Program-made: the position numbers and the translations under genes
In this document: positions 1 to 10,018 of the stretch, piece by piece
Position numbering within the stretch: the first letter of the stretch is position 1
Layout: each line of letters starts with the position of its first letter
Source of the DNA: Planctomycetota bacterium
GTDB taxonomy: Bacteria > Planctomycetota > UBA1135 > UBA2386
Direction of reading: 5' to 3'
Assembly (NCBI GenBank): GCA_965228735.1
Contig: OZ245838.1
Coordinates: 2,944,001-3,008,000, forward strand
DNA: 64,000 bases
The notes under the pieces: generated by a model
Databases searched by the model: none
What the model was told of the DNA's origin: nothing
The model's input: only the letters and a program-made list of their open reading frames with translations

Positions 1-559
1 TGCCGCCGAGCTCGTGGTTGCCCTTGGGCTCACCGTTCTTGTCGACGCCCGAGTCCTGCAGCTGGACACCCGTGACCTTGCTGCCCTCGCGCTCGAGCTT
101 CGCCCCAGGGAAGCCGGGGAAGATCTGGATGCCCTTCTGCTCCGCGATCTCGCCGAGCCACTGCACCATCTTGTTGAGCGAGATGACGAAGTTGCCGTGG
201 TTCTTCAGCGGCGGCGGCGTGACCGGCAACTTGAAGCCGCCGTTCTGCGTCAACCAGAGAGCGTAGTCGGTGTGGACCTCCGCCTCGAGCGGCGGCTTGG
301 GGTCCATCTCGCGCCAGCCCGGCAACAGCTGATCCAGCGCCTTCGGATCCATGACCGCACCGGAGAGCGAATGCGCCCCCAATTCGGGCGCTTTTTCGAT
401 CAAACAAATCTCCGGTTCGAGGGTCTCACCCTGGCCCGAACGCTCGACCTCGGCGTTGTGCGCGTCGATCTGGTTTGCCAGGTGGATCGCCGTGGCAAGG
501 CCCGCAGGGCCCGCTCCCACGACGACAACGTCGAATTCCATCACATCGCGTTCGGTCAT
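1..559 (-). CDS. Electron transfer flavoprotein-ubiquinone oxidoreductase (5' part; runs off the window)
   Basis: Absent from the ORF track. Manual translation from ATG at 559 gives MTERDVMEFDVVVVGAGPAGLATAI...ICLIEKAPELGAHSLSGAVMDPKAL...PPPLKNHGNFVISL...IFPGFPG, i.e. the FAD-binding GxGxxG plus ETF-QO signature segments. Confidence 0.9.
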   Translation of the reverse strand, partial: MTERDVMEFDVVVVGAGPAGLATAIHLANQIDAHNAEVERSGQGETLEPEICLIEKAPELGAHSLSGAVMDPKALDQLLPGWREMDPKPPLEAEVHTDYALWLTQNGGFKLPVTPPPLKNHGNFVISLNKMVQWLGEIAEQKGIQIFPGFPGAKLEREGSKVTGVQLQDSGVDKNGEPKGNHELGG

Positions 560-735
560 CAGAGATTCATCCGGTCTGCACTTGGTAACCCCAATGCGGA
601 GTCACACTAAAGAATGTCAGCGGAACGCATGCAACTTCCTGCGGCGTTCCACGTTCTAGACCAGAGAGAAACAGCTCGGCGGACCCCATCGTCCACTGAA
701 CGGTCAACGGCTACTGCCCCAATCAGGAGGCCATC

Positions 736-1152
736 ATGAAGCGCACCTACTCACTTCCCGAAGCGAACCACGCGATGAAGCTCGTGGCCGTCATCGCCGG
801 TGAGTGGCTCGAGCGCCGTGAACTGCGCCGGACCCTCGATCGCCGCCGCCGGCTGCTGGAGCGCGCCACGACGCCCGAGGGGCTGCGGGACGAGCTCGCC
901 GAGCTGGATGCCCGCATCTGGGAGCAGGACGAGGGCATCTCGGCCTGTCGCCAGGAGTTCGAGGACCTCGGCATGACGGTCTTCCGCGTCAACCCGCTGA
1001 CGATCCACATTCCGGGCAACAGCAAGAACGGCCCGGTCGTGTTCTGTTGGCAGGAAGGCGAGGGCGACCACGTCTGCTTCGGCCACCCGATCGGCGAAGA
1101 GCAAGAGCAGCGCCGACCGCTCAAGGTCAGGTCGAAGTCGACCGAGGCCTGA
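736..1152 (+). CDS. DUF2203-like protein
   Basis: AGGAGG RBS upstream; N-terminal RTYSLPEAN, central coiled coil and C-terminal FCWQEGE..V.FGH...RRPL match the DUF2203 pattern. Confidence 0.65.
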   Translation: MKRTYSLPEANHAMKLVAVIAGEWLERRELRRTLDRRRRLLERATTPEGLRDELAELDARIWEQDEGISACRQEFEDLGMTVFRVNPLTIHIPGNSKNGPVVFCWQEGEGDHVCFGHPIGEEQEQRRPLKVRSKSTEA

Positions 1153-1168
1153 GGTTCGGCGCGGCCAC

Positions 1169-1220
1169 GAGACCGGGCCGTTGAGACCGGGCCACTGAGA
1201 CCGGGCCATTTTGGCCCGGT
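1169..1220. repeat. Three 14-bp-period GAGACCGGGCC repeats ending in a hairpin (likely bidirectional terminator)
   Basis: Copies at 1169, 1183 and 1197; ACCGGGCCA-ttt-TGGCCCGGT stem at 1200-1220, between convergent genes. Confidence 0.7.
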
Positions 1221-1227
1221 CGACCGG

Positions 1228-2730
1228 CTACCGGAGTTCGAATTCGACCTCGACTTCGACGCCCGGCAACAGCGCTTCGATGCGCGCCGGCGCCAGTCGC
1301 GCGATCGTCATTCGCAGCAGCGCCAGCCGGTTGGCGGCGCGCAGCGGTTCGAAGTCCTCGGGCGCGAGCACGCTGGCGCCGATCGAGAGCTCGCGCAGCC
1401 CCGGCGCCCGAGCCACGGCCTCGAGATCGCCGCGCTCCGCGCTCTCGAGTTGGACCGTCCGGAGCATCGACGCCTCGGCGAGCGCGGCGGCGAGTTCGGG
1501 CAACATGGGCCAGTGGTGCGTGAACGACGCGATCGGCAGGACACGCAGTAGTTTCGCCTGCGCGCGGTCGACGGCCTGCTGATCGGGCAGCCCGAGTCCG
1601 GGCTCATCGGCGTTGGCTCCGGTGACCACGCCGACGAACGGACCGGCCGCCGTCGTCGACGAGGTCCGGCCGAGCTGCAGGTGCCTGAGGTCCTCGAACC
1701 GGCCGAGGGCTTCGTAGACCGTCGCGTCGGCGTCGGGGCACGCGAGGATCGAGATCCCGGTCAGGGTCGCGGGCAGCGCGGCGATCGCGGCCGCCGAGAC
1801 GGCGCACGTCTCGAGGCGCAGTTCGCAAAGCTCCGGCAGGTCGGCGAGCGCGGCCGCGACCGCGGGCGACAACCCGGGTGAGCTCTGGATCCGGCGGCGA
1901 CGCTCGTTGCGGACGAGCTCCCAGTCGGCCGGGGGCTCCCCGGCCTGGAAGACCGCGCCGACCGCGTCGACGCCGATGGCCGCTTTCGGCACCCCGACGA
2001 CCTCGGGCATGCGGCCGAGCCGCACGGCGACCGGCTGCGCACCCAGCCGCTCGAGCTGCAGCCGCCGCAGGGACCGCAGGTTCCGCAGTTCGCCCAGGAC
2101 CTCCTCGGAACACCCGCCGAGATTGCCGAGCGTCAGCGAACGCAGGCTCGGCAGCAGACCGAGCGCCCGGATCGCGGTGCGGTCGACGCGGCCACCCTCG
2201 CCGAGCACCGACCCCGTGATCGAGAGGCCGACGAGGTGCGGCAGCTCCTGCAGCGCCGTGACGTCGGCGATCGTCAGCGCACGCATCACCGAGAGCTGGA
2301 GGAAGCGCAGCTTCGGGGCGTCGCGCAGCGGCCGCAGAACCTCGGGTCCGAGTTCGGGCGGCACGACCAGGTGCAGCACGGCGAGCGCGGGCAACTTCGC
2401 GACCGGCGCGAGGAAGTCCGCCGGGTAGTCCGCGCCGTCGGCCTTGCAGTCGAGGCTCAGGTGCAGTTCGACGAGTTCGGTATACGGCTCGAGGACCTCG
2501 AGCGTGCCGCTCTCACGGACCGGGCAGGACATGCCGATTCCGCGCGCGTCGACCTTGGGCGGCATGCCGCCACTCCCGACCGACCAACCGTGGACCCCAC
2601 CGATACGCGGCGGGTCGAGATCCGCCGCCGCGTCGCGTTGCGCGCCGGGGCGATCCTGCGCGGCCGGCGCTGCGATCAGCATCGCGAGGGCGACGAGTGA
2701 CGACAGCCGGCGAACGATGGGTGCGTGCAC
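1228..2730 (-). CDS. Secreted leucine-rich-repeat protein (paralog of the upstream anti-sigma ectodomain)
   Basis: Signal peptide (RRLSSLVALAMLIAAPAAQ); repeated LPxLxxLxL motifs; collinear with the C-terminal part of 2788-4284. Confidence 0.75.
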   Translation of the reverse strand: MHAPIVRRLSSLVALAMLIAAPAAQDRPGAQRDAAADLDPPRIGGVHGWSVGSGGMPPKVDARGIGMSCPVRESGTLEVLEPYTELVELHLSLDCKADGADYPADFLAPVAKLPALAVLHLVVPPELGPEVLRPLRDAPKLRFLQLSVMRALTIADVTALQELPHLVGLSITGSVLGEGGRVDRTAIRALGLLPSLRSLTLGNLGGCSEEVLGELRNLRSLRRLQLERLGAQPVAVRLGRMPEVVGVPKAAIGVDAVGAVFQAGEPPADWELVRNERRRRIQSSPGLSPAVAAALADLPELCELRLETCAVSAAAIAALPATLTGISILACPDADATVYEALGRFEDLRHLQLGRTSSTTAAGPFVGVVTGANADEPGLGLPDQQAVDRAQAKLLRVLPIASFTHHWPMLPELAAALAEASMLRTVQLESAERGDLEAVARAPGLRELSIGASVLAPEDFEPLRAANRLALLRMTIARLAPARIEALLPGVEVEVEFELR

Positions 2731-2787
2731 GCCGCCATCGTTCGGGGATCCCGTGCGGGCGGCAAGACCCCGACGTCAGGAGCACGG

Positions 2788-4284
2788 TCAGTTCTCGACG
2801 ATCACCCGCACCCCGGGCAGCTGTTCGCGAAGCCAGGCCGGGCCGGCCGATCCTCCGACCGTCCAGCGCAGACGCAGCTCCTGCAACGACTTCGCCCGCT
2901 GCAGGGGCTCGACCTGGAATCGCCCGCACGAGATCAGCTCCAGTCGGGTCAACGCGGGCGCGGCGGCCGCGGCCTCGATCGTCGTGCCGCCGGCGTGTTC
3001 GAGTTCGATGCTCACGAGGCTCGCCGCATCAGCGAGCGCGGCCGCGAGCTCGACGGGCATCGGGTATTCGTAGCGCAGCTCCGTGATCGGCACGGTGCGC
3101 ACGAGCTTGGCGAGGGCGCGGAAGACGGGCTCCTGAGGCGGCATGTCGAACTTCTCGGCTTCCTCGGGCGTCGGCGGCGCGCCCATCGGGGTCGTGAACG
3201 GACGGGCCGGGATCGCGCGGCTGAACCCAACGCGTCGCAGGTTCGGCAACGCCGCGATCGCCTCGATCACATCGGCACCGGCGTCCGGCGCGAGGGTGAG
3301 TTCGAAGCCCGAGAGCCGCTCGGGCAGCGCGCGGATCGCCGCAGCGGAAACCGCGACCGACTCGAACCGGATCTCGTCGAGCAGCGGCAGTTCGGCCAAC
3401 ACGCGCGCGAGTTCGACGGTCAGGCCACTCGAACCCGGCGCCGGCTTCCAGCCCAGTCGGGTCGCGGCGGGTTGCGGGCCCATCAACGTGAGTTCGAGGC
3501 GGCGCAACCGATGGAACGCCCGAAGCTCGGTCAGCGCGGTCGCGTCACAACCGGCGAGCGCGTTCAGACCCAGCGCCCGCAGCCGCGGCAGGTCGGCGAG
3601 CCGCCGCAACACCTTGGCGTCGACGCCACTGTGTGCCCCCGCGGTCACGCCACGCAACTCGAGCCGCACGATCTTCTCGAGTCGGCAAAGTACGTCGACG
3701 TCCGCGTTGGTCAGCGGCCGCGCGAGGTTGAGCGTGAGGTAGCGCAGCTGCGACAGCTGTGACAGTGCCGCGAGCTCGACGGCCTCGAGCCCGGGTGGCA
3801 CCGCGAGTTCGACATGCTCGAGTCGCGGCAACTCCGCGAGCGGCGCGAGCAGGTCGTCGGCGAACTCGCCGCCATCGCCGAGCATGAGGTTCAGGAACCG
3901 CAGTTTCGTGCACCCCGCCAGCGCGTTGAGATCGCTGTCGTAGAGCCGGTAGAGCAGGCTCTCGGGGTCACCGGTGAGCTCCACGCCGCGTTGGACCACC
4001 GCGACGATCGGCAACGGTCGCGGGGCATCGAGTTCCGCCGGCGACTGCAGCTCGTGAAGGCCACCCGAGCCACCCTGCAACGCCACGGCGACGGTGATCG
4101 TGAGCGCGAAGATCACGACGGCAGCCGCGAGCCAACCGCTCCAGGCGGCGTTCACCCGGGCAACTCCGACGGGCGCCGTCACGTTGTCGATATCGACGTC
4201 CAATGCCGCCGCGAGTTCACTGTCGAACAGGCGCTCCTCGGCCGCTGCCCGGAGCCGTTCGTCCGTCGTGGTATCACTCGTCAT
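2788..4284 (-). CDS. Membrane-anchored putative anti-sigma factor with LRR ectodomain
   Basis: ATG overlaps the sigma stop (ATGA, 4281-4284); short cytoplasmic N-terminus, one TM (WLAAAVVIFALTITVAVAL), then LxxLPxLxxLxL repeats. Confidence 0.75.
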   Translation of the reverse strand: MTSDTTTDERLRAAAEERLFDSELAAALDVDIDNVTAPVGVARVNAAWSGWLAAAVVIFALTITVAVALQGGSGGLHELQSPAELDAPRPLPIVAVVQRGVELTGDPESLLYRLYDSDLNALAGCTKLRFLNLMLGDGGEFADDLLAPLAELPRLEHVELAVPPGLEAVELAALSQLSQLRYLTLNLARPLTNADVDVLCRLEKIVRLELRGVTAGAHSGVDAKVLRRLADLPRLRALGLNALAGCDATALTELRAFHRLRRLELTLMGPQPAATRLGWKPAPGSSGLTVELARVLAELPLLDEIRFESVAVSAAAIRALPERLSGFELTLAPDAGADVIEAIAALPNLRRVGFSRAIPARPFTTPMGAPPTPEEAEKFDMPPQEPVFRALAKLVRTVPITELRYEYPMPVELAAALADAASLVSIELEHAGGTTIEAAAAAPALTRLELISCGRFQVEPLQRAKSLQELRLRWTVGGSAGPAWLREQLPGVRVIVEN

Positions 4285-4790
4285 CCGTTCTTCCTCCGTG
4301 ATCCGAGCCGGCGCTCCACGCACTCCTTGAGCCCATCACGCACGCGCCGCAGCGCCGACTTCACGCCTTCGGGCCGTAGATCGAACTCGCGCGCGAGCGC
4401 GGTGCGATCCGCGCCATCGCGATAGCGCCGGTCGAGCAGCTGGCGGCTGATCGCCGGCAGGCCGTCGACGCACGCGCGCAGCGCCGCGACCCGATCGTCG
4501 CCGTCACCGTCTCCGCAGCGCTCGCGCCACACCTGATCGGCGAGCTCGACCTCGCGCCGCTGGGCAGCGGTCGTCCGCTCCCGCAGCACGAGGTTGCGCG
4601 CGATCCCGCGCAGGAACGCGCCGCTGCGCTCCGGGTCCGCGTCCTGTTCGATCTTCTGCAGCGCCACGACGATCGCGTCCTGCACCAGATCGTCGACGCG
4701 ATCGGCCCGCACCCCGAGCACGAACAGATACCGCCGCAGCATCGGGCGGTGCGCTGCGAGCGTTTCGCGAGGATCGGACACGACCGTCAT
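4281..4790 (-). CDS. ECF RNA polymerase sigma-70 factor
   Basis: Region 2 (LRRYLFVLG...VDDLVQDA...AFLRGIARN) and region 4 (ALRACVDGLPAISRQLLDRRYRDG...VKSALRRVRDGLKECVE). Confidence 0.9.
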   Translation of the reverse strand: MTVVSDPRETLAAHRPMLRRYLFVLGVRADRVDDLVQDAIVVALQKIEQDADPERSGAFLRGIARNLVLRERTTAAQRREVELADQVWRERCGDGDGDDRVAALRACVDGLPAISRQLLDRRYRDGADRTALAREFDLRPEGVKSALRRVRDGLKECVERRLGSRRKNG

Positions 4791-4895
4791 CGTTCCCTGG
4801 GTTCTCACGAGTAGCCCGAACGGGGTCGAGAAATCCGGCCCTCGCCACGCCCCCGCCAGCCCGCTACCTTCGCCGGCCCCCCCGACCCCGCCCCG

Positions 4896-5201
4896 ATGTT
4901 CCACTGCGTCATCCTGTTCCAGCTCAAGCCCGACATCGCGCTCGATCGCGTGCGCGCCGCGCGTGAGGCGCTGCAGGACCTCGTCGAGACGATGCCCGGC
5001 GTCGAGCACCTCACCGTCACGCACAACCTCGCGAAGGATCGGGCCGGGTTCAACCTGGTGCTGTTCTCGGGGTTCGAGAGCAAGGACGCGTGTGACATCT
5101 TCCTGCGGCACCCCGAGTACGTGCGGGTCCGCGAGGAAGACCTCGGGCCGATCATCGAATCGCATCTGATGGCGCAGGGCGGCGACGACGACACGATCTG
5201 A
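4896..5201 (+). CDS. Dabb family (stress-responsive A/B barrel) protein
   Basis: MFHCVILFQLKP...F.LVLFSGFES...FLRHPEY pattern; 101 aa. Confidence 0.8.
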   Translation: MFHCVILFQLKPDIALDRVRAAREALQDLVETMPGVEHLTVTHNLAKDRAGFNLVLFSGFESKDACDIFLRHPEYVRVREEDLGPIIESHLMAQGGDDDTI

Positions 5202-5244
5202 CGCCGTGGCTTGAAAGCGGCCGGGCCGCGGCTGGAATGGGTCG

Positions 5245-6234
5245 ATGAGCCAAGTGAAACGTGTCGCTGTCACCGGTGCCGCCGGGCAGATCGGTTATTC
5301 GCTGCTGCCGATGATCGCCGAGGGCGGCATCTTCGGCCCCGACGTCGAGGTCCACCTCCAGCTCCTCGAGATCACGCCGGTCCTGCCGGCGCTCGAAGGC
5401 GTCAAGATGGAGCTCGAGGACACGGCGTACCCGCTGCTGCGCAGCATCACGTGCAGCGACGATGCGAAGGTCGCGTTCAAGGATACGGATCTCTGTCTGC
5501 TCGTCGGCAGCAAGCCGCGCGGGCCGGGCATGGAGCGCAAGGACCTGCTGCAGGACAACGGCAAGATCTTCATCGGCCAGGGTCAGGCGATCGCCGAGGC
5601 CGCCGGGCCCGACGTGCGCGTCGTCGTCGTCGGCAACCCGTGCAACACCAATTGTCTGATCGCGATGCACAACGCCGCGGGCGTGCCGTCGGATCGCTTC
5701 ACCGCGATGACGCGCCTCGACCAGAACCGCGCAAAGGCGCAGCTCGCCAACAAGGCGGGCAAGCACTGGTCCGAAGTGAAGAACGTCACGATCTGGGGCA
5801 ACCACAGCAACACGCAGTACCCCGACTGGCACCACGCGACGATCGCGGGGCAGCCGGCCGCCGCGGCCGTCAACGACGAGGCGTGGCTGCAGGGCGAGTT
5901 CATGAAGACCGTCCAGGAGCGCGGCAAGGCGATCATCAACGCGCGCGGCAAGTCCTCGGCGATGTCCGCGGCGAAGGCGGCGTGCGATCACGCGCAGAGC
6001 CTGTTCCACACGACGACCAAGGACGACTGGGCGTCGCTCTGCGTCGTCAGCGACGGCAGCTACGGCACGCCCGAGGGCATCATCAGCGGCTTCCCGTGCA
6101 CGACGGACGGCAAGGGCAACTGGGAGATCGTCCAGGGCCTCGAGATGAACGAGTTCAGTCAGGAGAAGGCCAAGGTCACCTGGGACGAGCTCGTCTCCGA
6201 GCGCGAGATGGTCAAGGACCTGCTCGGCAGCTGA
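5245..6234 (+). CDS. mdh: Malate dehydrogenase
   Basis: [55 protein letters not shown]. Confidence 0.97.
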   Translation: MSQVKRVAVTGAAGQIGYSLLPMIAEGGIFGPDVEVHLQLLEITPVLPALEGVKMELEDTAYPLLRSITCSDDAKVAFKDTDLCLLVGSKPRGPGMERKDLLQDNGKIFIGQGQAIAEAAGPDVRVVVVGNPCNTNCLIAMHNAAGVPSDRFTAMTRLDQNRAKAQLANKAGKHWSEVKNVTIWGNHSNTQYPDWHHATIAGQPAAAAVNDEAWLQGEFMKTVQERGKAIINARGKSSAMSAAKAACDHAQSLFHTTTKDDWASLCVVSDGSYGTPEGIISGFPCTTDGKGNWEIVQGLEMNEFSQEKAKVTWDELVSEREMVKDLLGS

Positions 6235-6238
6235 GTCG

Positions 6239-6997
6239 ATGATCCTCGCCATCGCGATCACCATCCTGCTCGGGATCGCGATGGGCGCGATCAACAACCT
6301 CGCCGGCGGCGCGGGTGTGCTCGGGCTGATCGCGTTCGAGTATCTGTGGGGCCTGCCGCTCGTGGAGGCCAACCCGTCGACCCGCATCGCCGCGGTCGCC
6401 ATCGGCAGCTTCGCGGCGCTCGGCTTCTTCCGCGCCGGCCACCGCGTGCCGCTGCGCGCGTGGCTGCAGGGCCTCGCCGCGGTGCCCGGCGCGATCGCGG
6501 GCGCGCAGCTCGCGACGCGCCTGCCCGACATCGTCTTCCGCAGCTATCTCGCGGTGATCCTCGTGCTGCTGCTGATCCAGCAGCTCATGCCCCAGAAGGC
6601 GACCGAGGGCGGCACGGCCCGCCCGAAGTGGCTCGCATTCCTCGGCTGCTTCTTCATCGGCGCGCACATGGGCTACGCCCAGGTCGGCACCGGGCTCGTC
6701 GCGACGTTCGTCCTCGTCGGCGTGTACCAGCGCGACCTCGTCGCGGTGCTCGCGGCCAAGGCCGCGGTCGTGATCCTGACGTCCACGACGAGTGCGGCCG
6801 TGTTCATCGCGGCGGACGCGATCGACTGGTCGCCGGCCCTCGCGCTCGCCGTCGGCTGCGGTCTCGGCAGCTACCTCGCGAGCCATTGGGGCGTGAAGAA
6901 GGGCACGGCCGCGATCCGCCGGGTCGTCATCGTCATCGCCGCGCTGTGCCTCGCCGATCAGCTGCGGCACATCGTCGTCGCGATCGTCGCCGCCTGA
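6239..6997 (+). CDS. TSUP (TauE/SafE) family membrane transporter
   Basis: Multiple TM segments; GAINNLAGGAG and FFIGAHMGYAQVGTG motifs; about 250 aa. Confidence 0.8.
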   Translation: MILAIAITILLGIAMGAINNLAGGAGVLGLIAFEYLWGLPLVEANPSTRIAAVAIGSFAALGFFRAGHRVPLRAWLQGLAAVPGAIAGAQLATRLPDIVFRSYLAVILVLLLIQQLMPQKATEGGTARPKWLAFLGCFFIGAHMGYAQVGTGLVATFVLVGVYQRDLVAVLAAKAAVVILTSTTSAAVFIAADAIDWSPALALAVGCGLGSYLASHWGVKKGTAAIRRVVIVIAALCLADQLRHIVVAIVAA

Positions 6998-7012
6998 CGT
7001 ATCGTCGGCGCC

Positions 7013-7780
7013 ATGAGCCGTCACGTCGTCATCACCGGCAGCAGCTCCGGCATCGGCCGCGCCTGCGCCATCCAGTTCGGCAAGCTCGGGGATCGCCTGT
7101 CGCTCGGCGCGCGCCGGGCCGAGCGCCTCGACGAGGTCGCTGCCGCCGCCGCGGCGGCGCCGGGTGCGGCCAAGGAGAACCCGTTCTGCAGGGCGCTCGA
7201 CGTCACGGATCCCGCGAGCGTGACCGCGTTCGTCGAAGGCGCGATCGCGGCGCACGGCCCGATCGACGTGCTCGTGAACAACGCCGGTCTCGCGCGCGGC
7301 ACGGAGACGATCGCCGAGGGCACGGGCGTCGCGTGGCGCGAGATGATCGAGACCAACGTGGTCGGGTTGCTCGAGGTCACGCGGCGTGTCCTGCCCGGCA
7401 TGATCGAGCGCGAGCAGGGCCAGGTCGTCGTGATCGGCTCGATCGCGGGGCACAAGGCGTATCCGGGCGGCGGCGTCTACTGCGGCAGCAAGCGCGCGCT
7501 GCAGCCGATCTGCGAGGCGATCCGGATGGAGACGCTCGGCAAGGGCATCCGCGTGACGAGCGTCGACCCCGGCATGGTCGACACCGAGTTCTCGATCGTG
7601 CGCTTCGCGGGCGACGAGGAGAAGGCCAGGAAGGTCTACGAGGGCACGCAGCCGCTCGTCGCCGACGACGTCGCCGAGTGCGTCGTGTTCGCGGCGTCCC
7701 GCCCCCCGCACGTCAACCTCGACACGATCCTCGTGATGCCGACGCACCAGGCGTCGCCGTATCACGTGCACCGCGAGTAG
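7013..7780 (+). CDS. SDR oxidoreductase (YdfG-like)
   Basis: ITGSSSGIG, LVNNAGLARG, catalytic YCGSK, VDPGMVDTEFS.VRF.GD. Confidence 0.9.
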   Translation: MSRHVVITGSSSGIGRACAIQFGKLGDRLSLGARRAERLDEVAAAAAAAPGAAKENPFCRALDVTDPASVTAFVEGAIAAHGPIDVLVNNAGLARGTETIAEGTGVAWREMIETNVVGLLEVTRRVLPGMIEREQGQVVVIGSIAGHKAYPGGGVYCGSKRALQPICEAIRMETLGKGIRVTSVDPGMVDTEFSIVRFAGDEEKARKVYEGTQPLVADDVAECVVFAASRPPHVNLDTILVMPTHQASPYHVHRE

Positions 7781-7786
7781 CGGCCG

Positions 7787-9850
7787 TCAGCGCCGCAGCC
7801 GCAGGCTCGCGAGGATCCGGTCGATCGCGCGCTGGGCGCTCGGTGGCGCTTCGTGGCTCTCGAGCAGGTTGGTGGTGATGTGCAGAACGCAAACGTCGCG
7901 CACTGTCGGAACCGCGAACAGGTCGTGGCGAACGGTGAACCCCTCGTCGACCGAGGTCAACCGCCGCCCGGTCCGCTCGCTGCCGGCAAACTCGATCGTG
8001 ACATCCCCCCGTTCGATCGTCGCCCCCGTCGCAGTCTCGGTCGTCGCGAGCTCCTCGAACCGACGGGCGAGCAGCCCGACCGCCTCGTGGACCGCATGCC
8101 GCTCGATCGTCAGCGTGCACTCCTCGCCTTCGATCATCCACGACCGAACGGCGTCCTCCTCCCAGAAGTAGAACGCGAACTCGCGCGGGTAATCGAGCAC
8201 GAGACTGCCGGCGCGCAAGCGACGCTGCGGTCCGGCCTCGACCCGCAGAGCGAGCTCGCCGGCATCGACCGGAACCCGAACGAGCTCGCCGAGTTCGATC
8301 TCGCGCGCCTCACCGGCGACCTCGAGCACGAGTTGCAGCGGCGGCTCACGCCGGTCCTCGTAGGTCTCGAAGTCCAGCACGCGCATCGACACGTCGAGCG
8401 CTCCGACCCACGACAGATCGCGCTCCCCTTCGCTGAGTTTGATGTGTCCCGCATCGACGTAGACCTGGTTCCAGGTCGGGTCCACCGCGACCCAGCTCGC
8501 GCCATCGTGGACCTCGGCCCAGGCGTGCCCCCAGAACTTCGGCCCGTCGCCGGCCGAATAGACCAGCCCCGTGACCGGGCGCGCCGGAATGCCCGCCGCT
8601 CGGGCGAGCGCGACGAACAGCTGGGCGAACTCCGAGCAATCGCCGCTCTCGTTCGCCAGCACATCGAGGGCGTTGTCGGCGTTGTGCACCTTGCTGTACG
8701 CGAGGTTGTCGTAGACCCACTGCTGCAGGCGCGACGCCTTCCTCAACGCGCCGTCGTCGGCCCCGGCGATCTGCGTCGCCAACGCATTCATCTTCGGGTC
8801 CGCGGCCGGCAGCTGCTGCGTGCTCGCGAGGTAGCGTTCCCGGTCGGCGGCCGATAGCGGCGCGGAGTGCGGCTCGATCGGGCCGTTTCGCACCTCCAGG
8901 CGAACCGCGTCGGGCGCCGTGACCGTGACGCGCTGCTGGGATGACGTCGGGAAGCGATCGCAGCCCGCCCCGCTCACCTCGAGCGTCAGCACGGCCAGGT
9001 TCGTCGGATCCCCGAGCGACTTGTCGACCGGGACCGCAATTGCAAGCAGCGTGTCGACGCGCGCGATCGTCGCGCGGTCCTTCGCCGTCGCCTCGTCCTC
9101 ACGCCGGACCTCCATGCCGAGCCCGAGCCCCATGCTGATCACGAGTCCGCTCGACTCCAGCCGGGCACGAAGCGGCGCGCCATCGACCGTCAGCGTGATG
9201 CGATGAACCGTTTGCTCGTCGCCGCCCAGGTCGAACAGCTCGGGACCGAGATACTCGTAGGATCGCCGTTGATCCACGTCGTCGCGCTCCCAGTCCGTCT
9301 CCCAGGTCGCGAACTCGTCGCCGCGCTGTCGGGGCGCACTCAGCCAGCGCGAGAGCCGCACCTGCTCGGCCAGGTTCTCCTTGGGCACCGGCACCTGGCG
9401 CAGCGTTCCGTCCACGCCAGGACTCCGGCGCGTGACCGCCATCCGATCGCCCGAACGCGTCACCGTGATCCGGGTCGTACGGCCCTGCTCGGTCACGCTC
9501 TCCTCGGCCCATTCGATGTTGCCGGGCCACAGCAAGGCGAAGTCCGTCACGCTGCTCACTCGCGTGGTGACGACGTCACCGCCGACCAGCTCGTACATCT
9601 CCACGGTCTCGGTAAGGCGATGGACCGGGCGGCCTCGCGGCGAGACGATCGCGCGCTCCTGGACCACCCAGCCAACCTTCTGATCGCGCAGGTACATGGC
9701 AAAGGCGATGCGCCCGGAGCGGGCCTCGGCGAACTCTCTCAGGTCGACGCGCTCCACCGCCGCGCCGGTCACGGGCGGCGCCTCGGTCTGGGGCAATGCC
9801 GCGTGGACCAGCGCGAGGGCGGCGAGGATGACTGCGAACGAGAATCGCAT
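7787..9850 (-). CDS. Secreted transglutaminase-like domain protein
   Basis: Signal peptide; catalytic triad motifs GDCSEFAQLFVALARAAGIPAR, GHAWAEV, WVAVDPTW. Confidence 0.88.
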   Translation of the reverse strand: MRFSFAVILAALALVHAALPQTEAPPVTGAAVERVDLREFAEARSGRIAFAMYLRDQKVGWVVQERAIVSPRGRPVHRLTETVEMYELVGGDVVTTRVSSVTDFALLWPGNIEWAEESVTEQGRTTRITVTRSGDRMAVTRRSPGVDGTLRQVPVPKENLAEQVRLSRWLSAPRQRGDEFATWETDWERDDVDQRRSYEYLGPELFDLGGDEQTVHRITLTVDGAPLRARLESSGLVISMGLGLGMEVRREDEATAKDRATIARVDTLLAIAVPVDKSLGDPTNLAVLTLEVSGAGCDRFPTSSQQRVTVTAPDAVRLEVRNGPIEPHSAPLSAADRERYLASTQQLPAADPKMNALATQIAGADDGALRKASRLQQWVYDNLAYSKVHNADNALDVLANESGDCSEFAQLFVALARAAGIPARPVTGLVYSAGDGPKFWGHAWAEVHDGASWVAVDPTWNQVYVDAGHIKLSEGERDLSWVGALDVSMRVLDFETYEDRREPPLQLVLEVAGEAREIELGELVRVPVDAGELALRVEAGPQRRLRAGSLVLDYPREFAFYFWEEDAVRSWMIEGEECTLTIERHAVHEAVGLLARRFEELATTETATGATIERGDVTIEFAGSERTGRRLTSVDEGFTVRHDLFAVPTVRDVCVLHITTNLLESHEAPPSAQRAIDRILASLRLRR

Positions 9851-10018
9851 GCGTGGAGGTTCCCCGACGAGCCCCGGGGGTCAAGACGGGAGCCCGACCC
9901 TACCGCCCTGCGAGCCGCGCAGGCTGCGCCCCGAAACGAGAAACGCCACCGACACGAGCGTGTCGGTGGCGTTCTCCACGGCAATCACGGGGCGAGTCCC
10001 GTGAATCCGATCACCGGA

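Noticed and set aside
14..610. 198-aa plus-strand ORF
   Set aside because: It is the antisense shadow of the ETF-QO gene on the minus strand, which has clear motifs.
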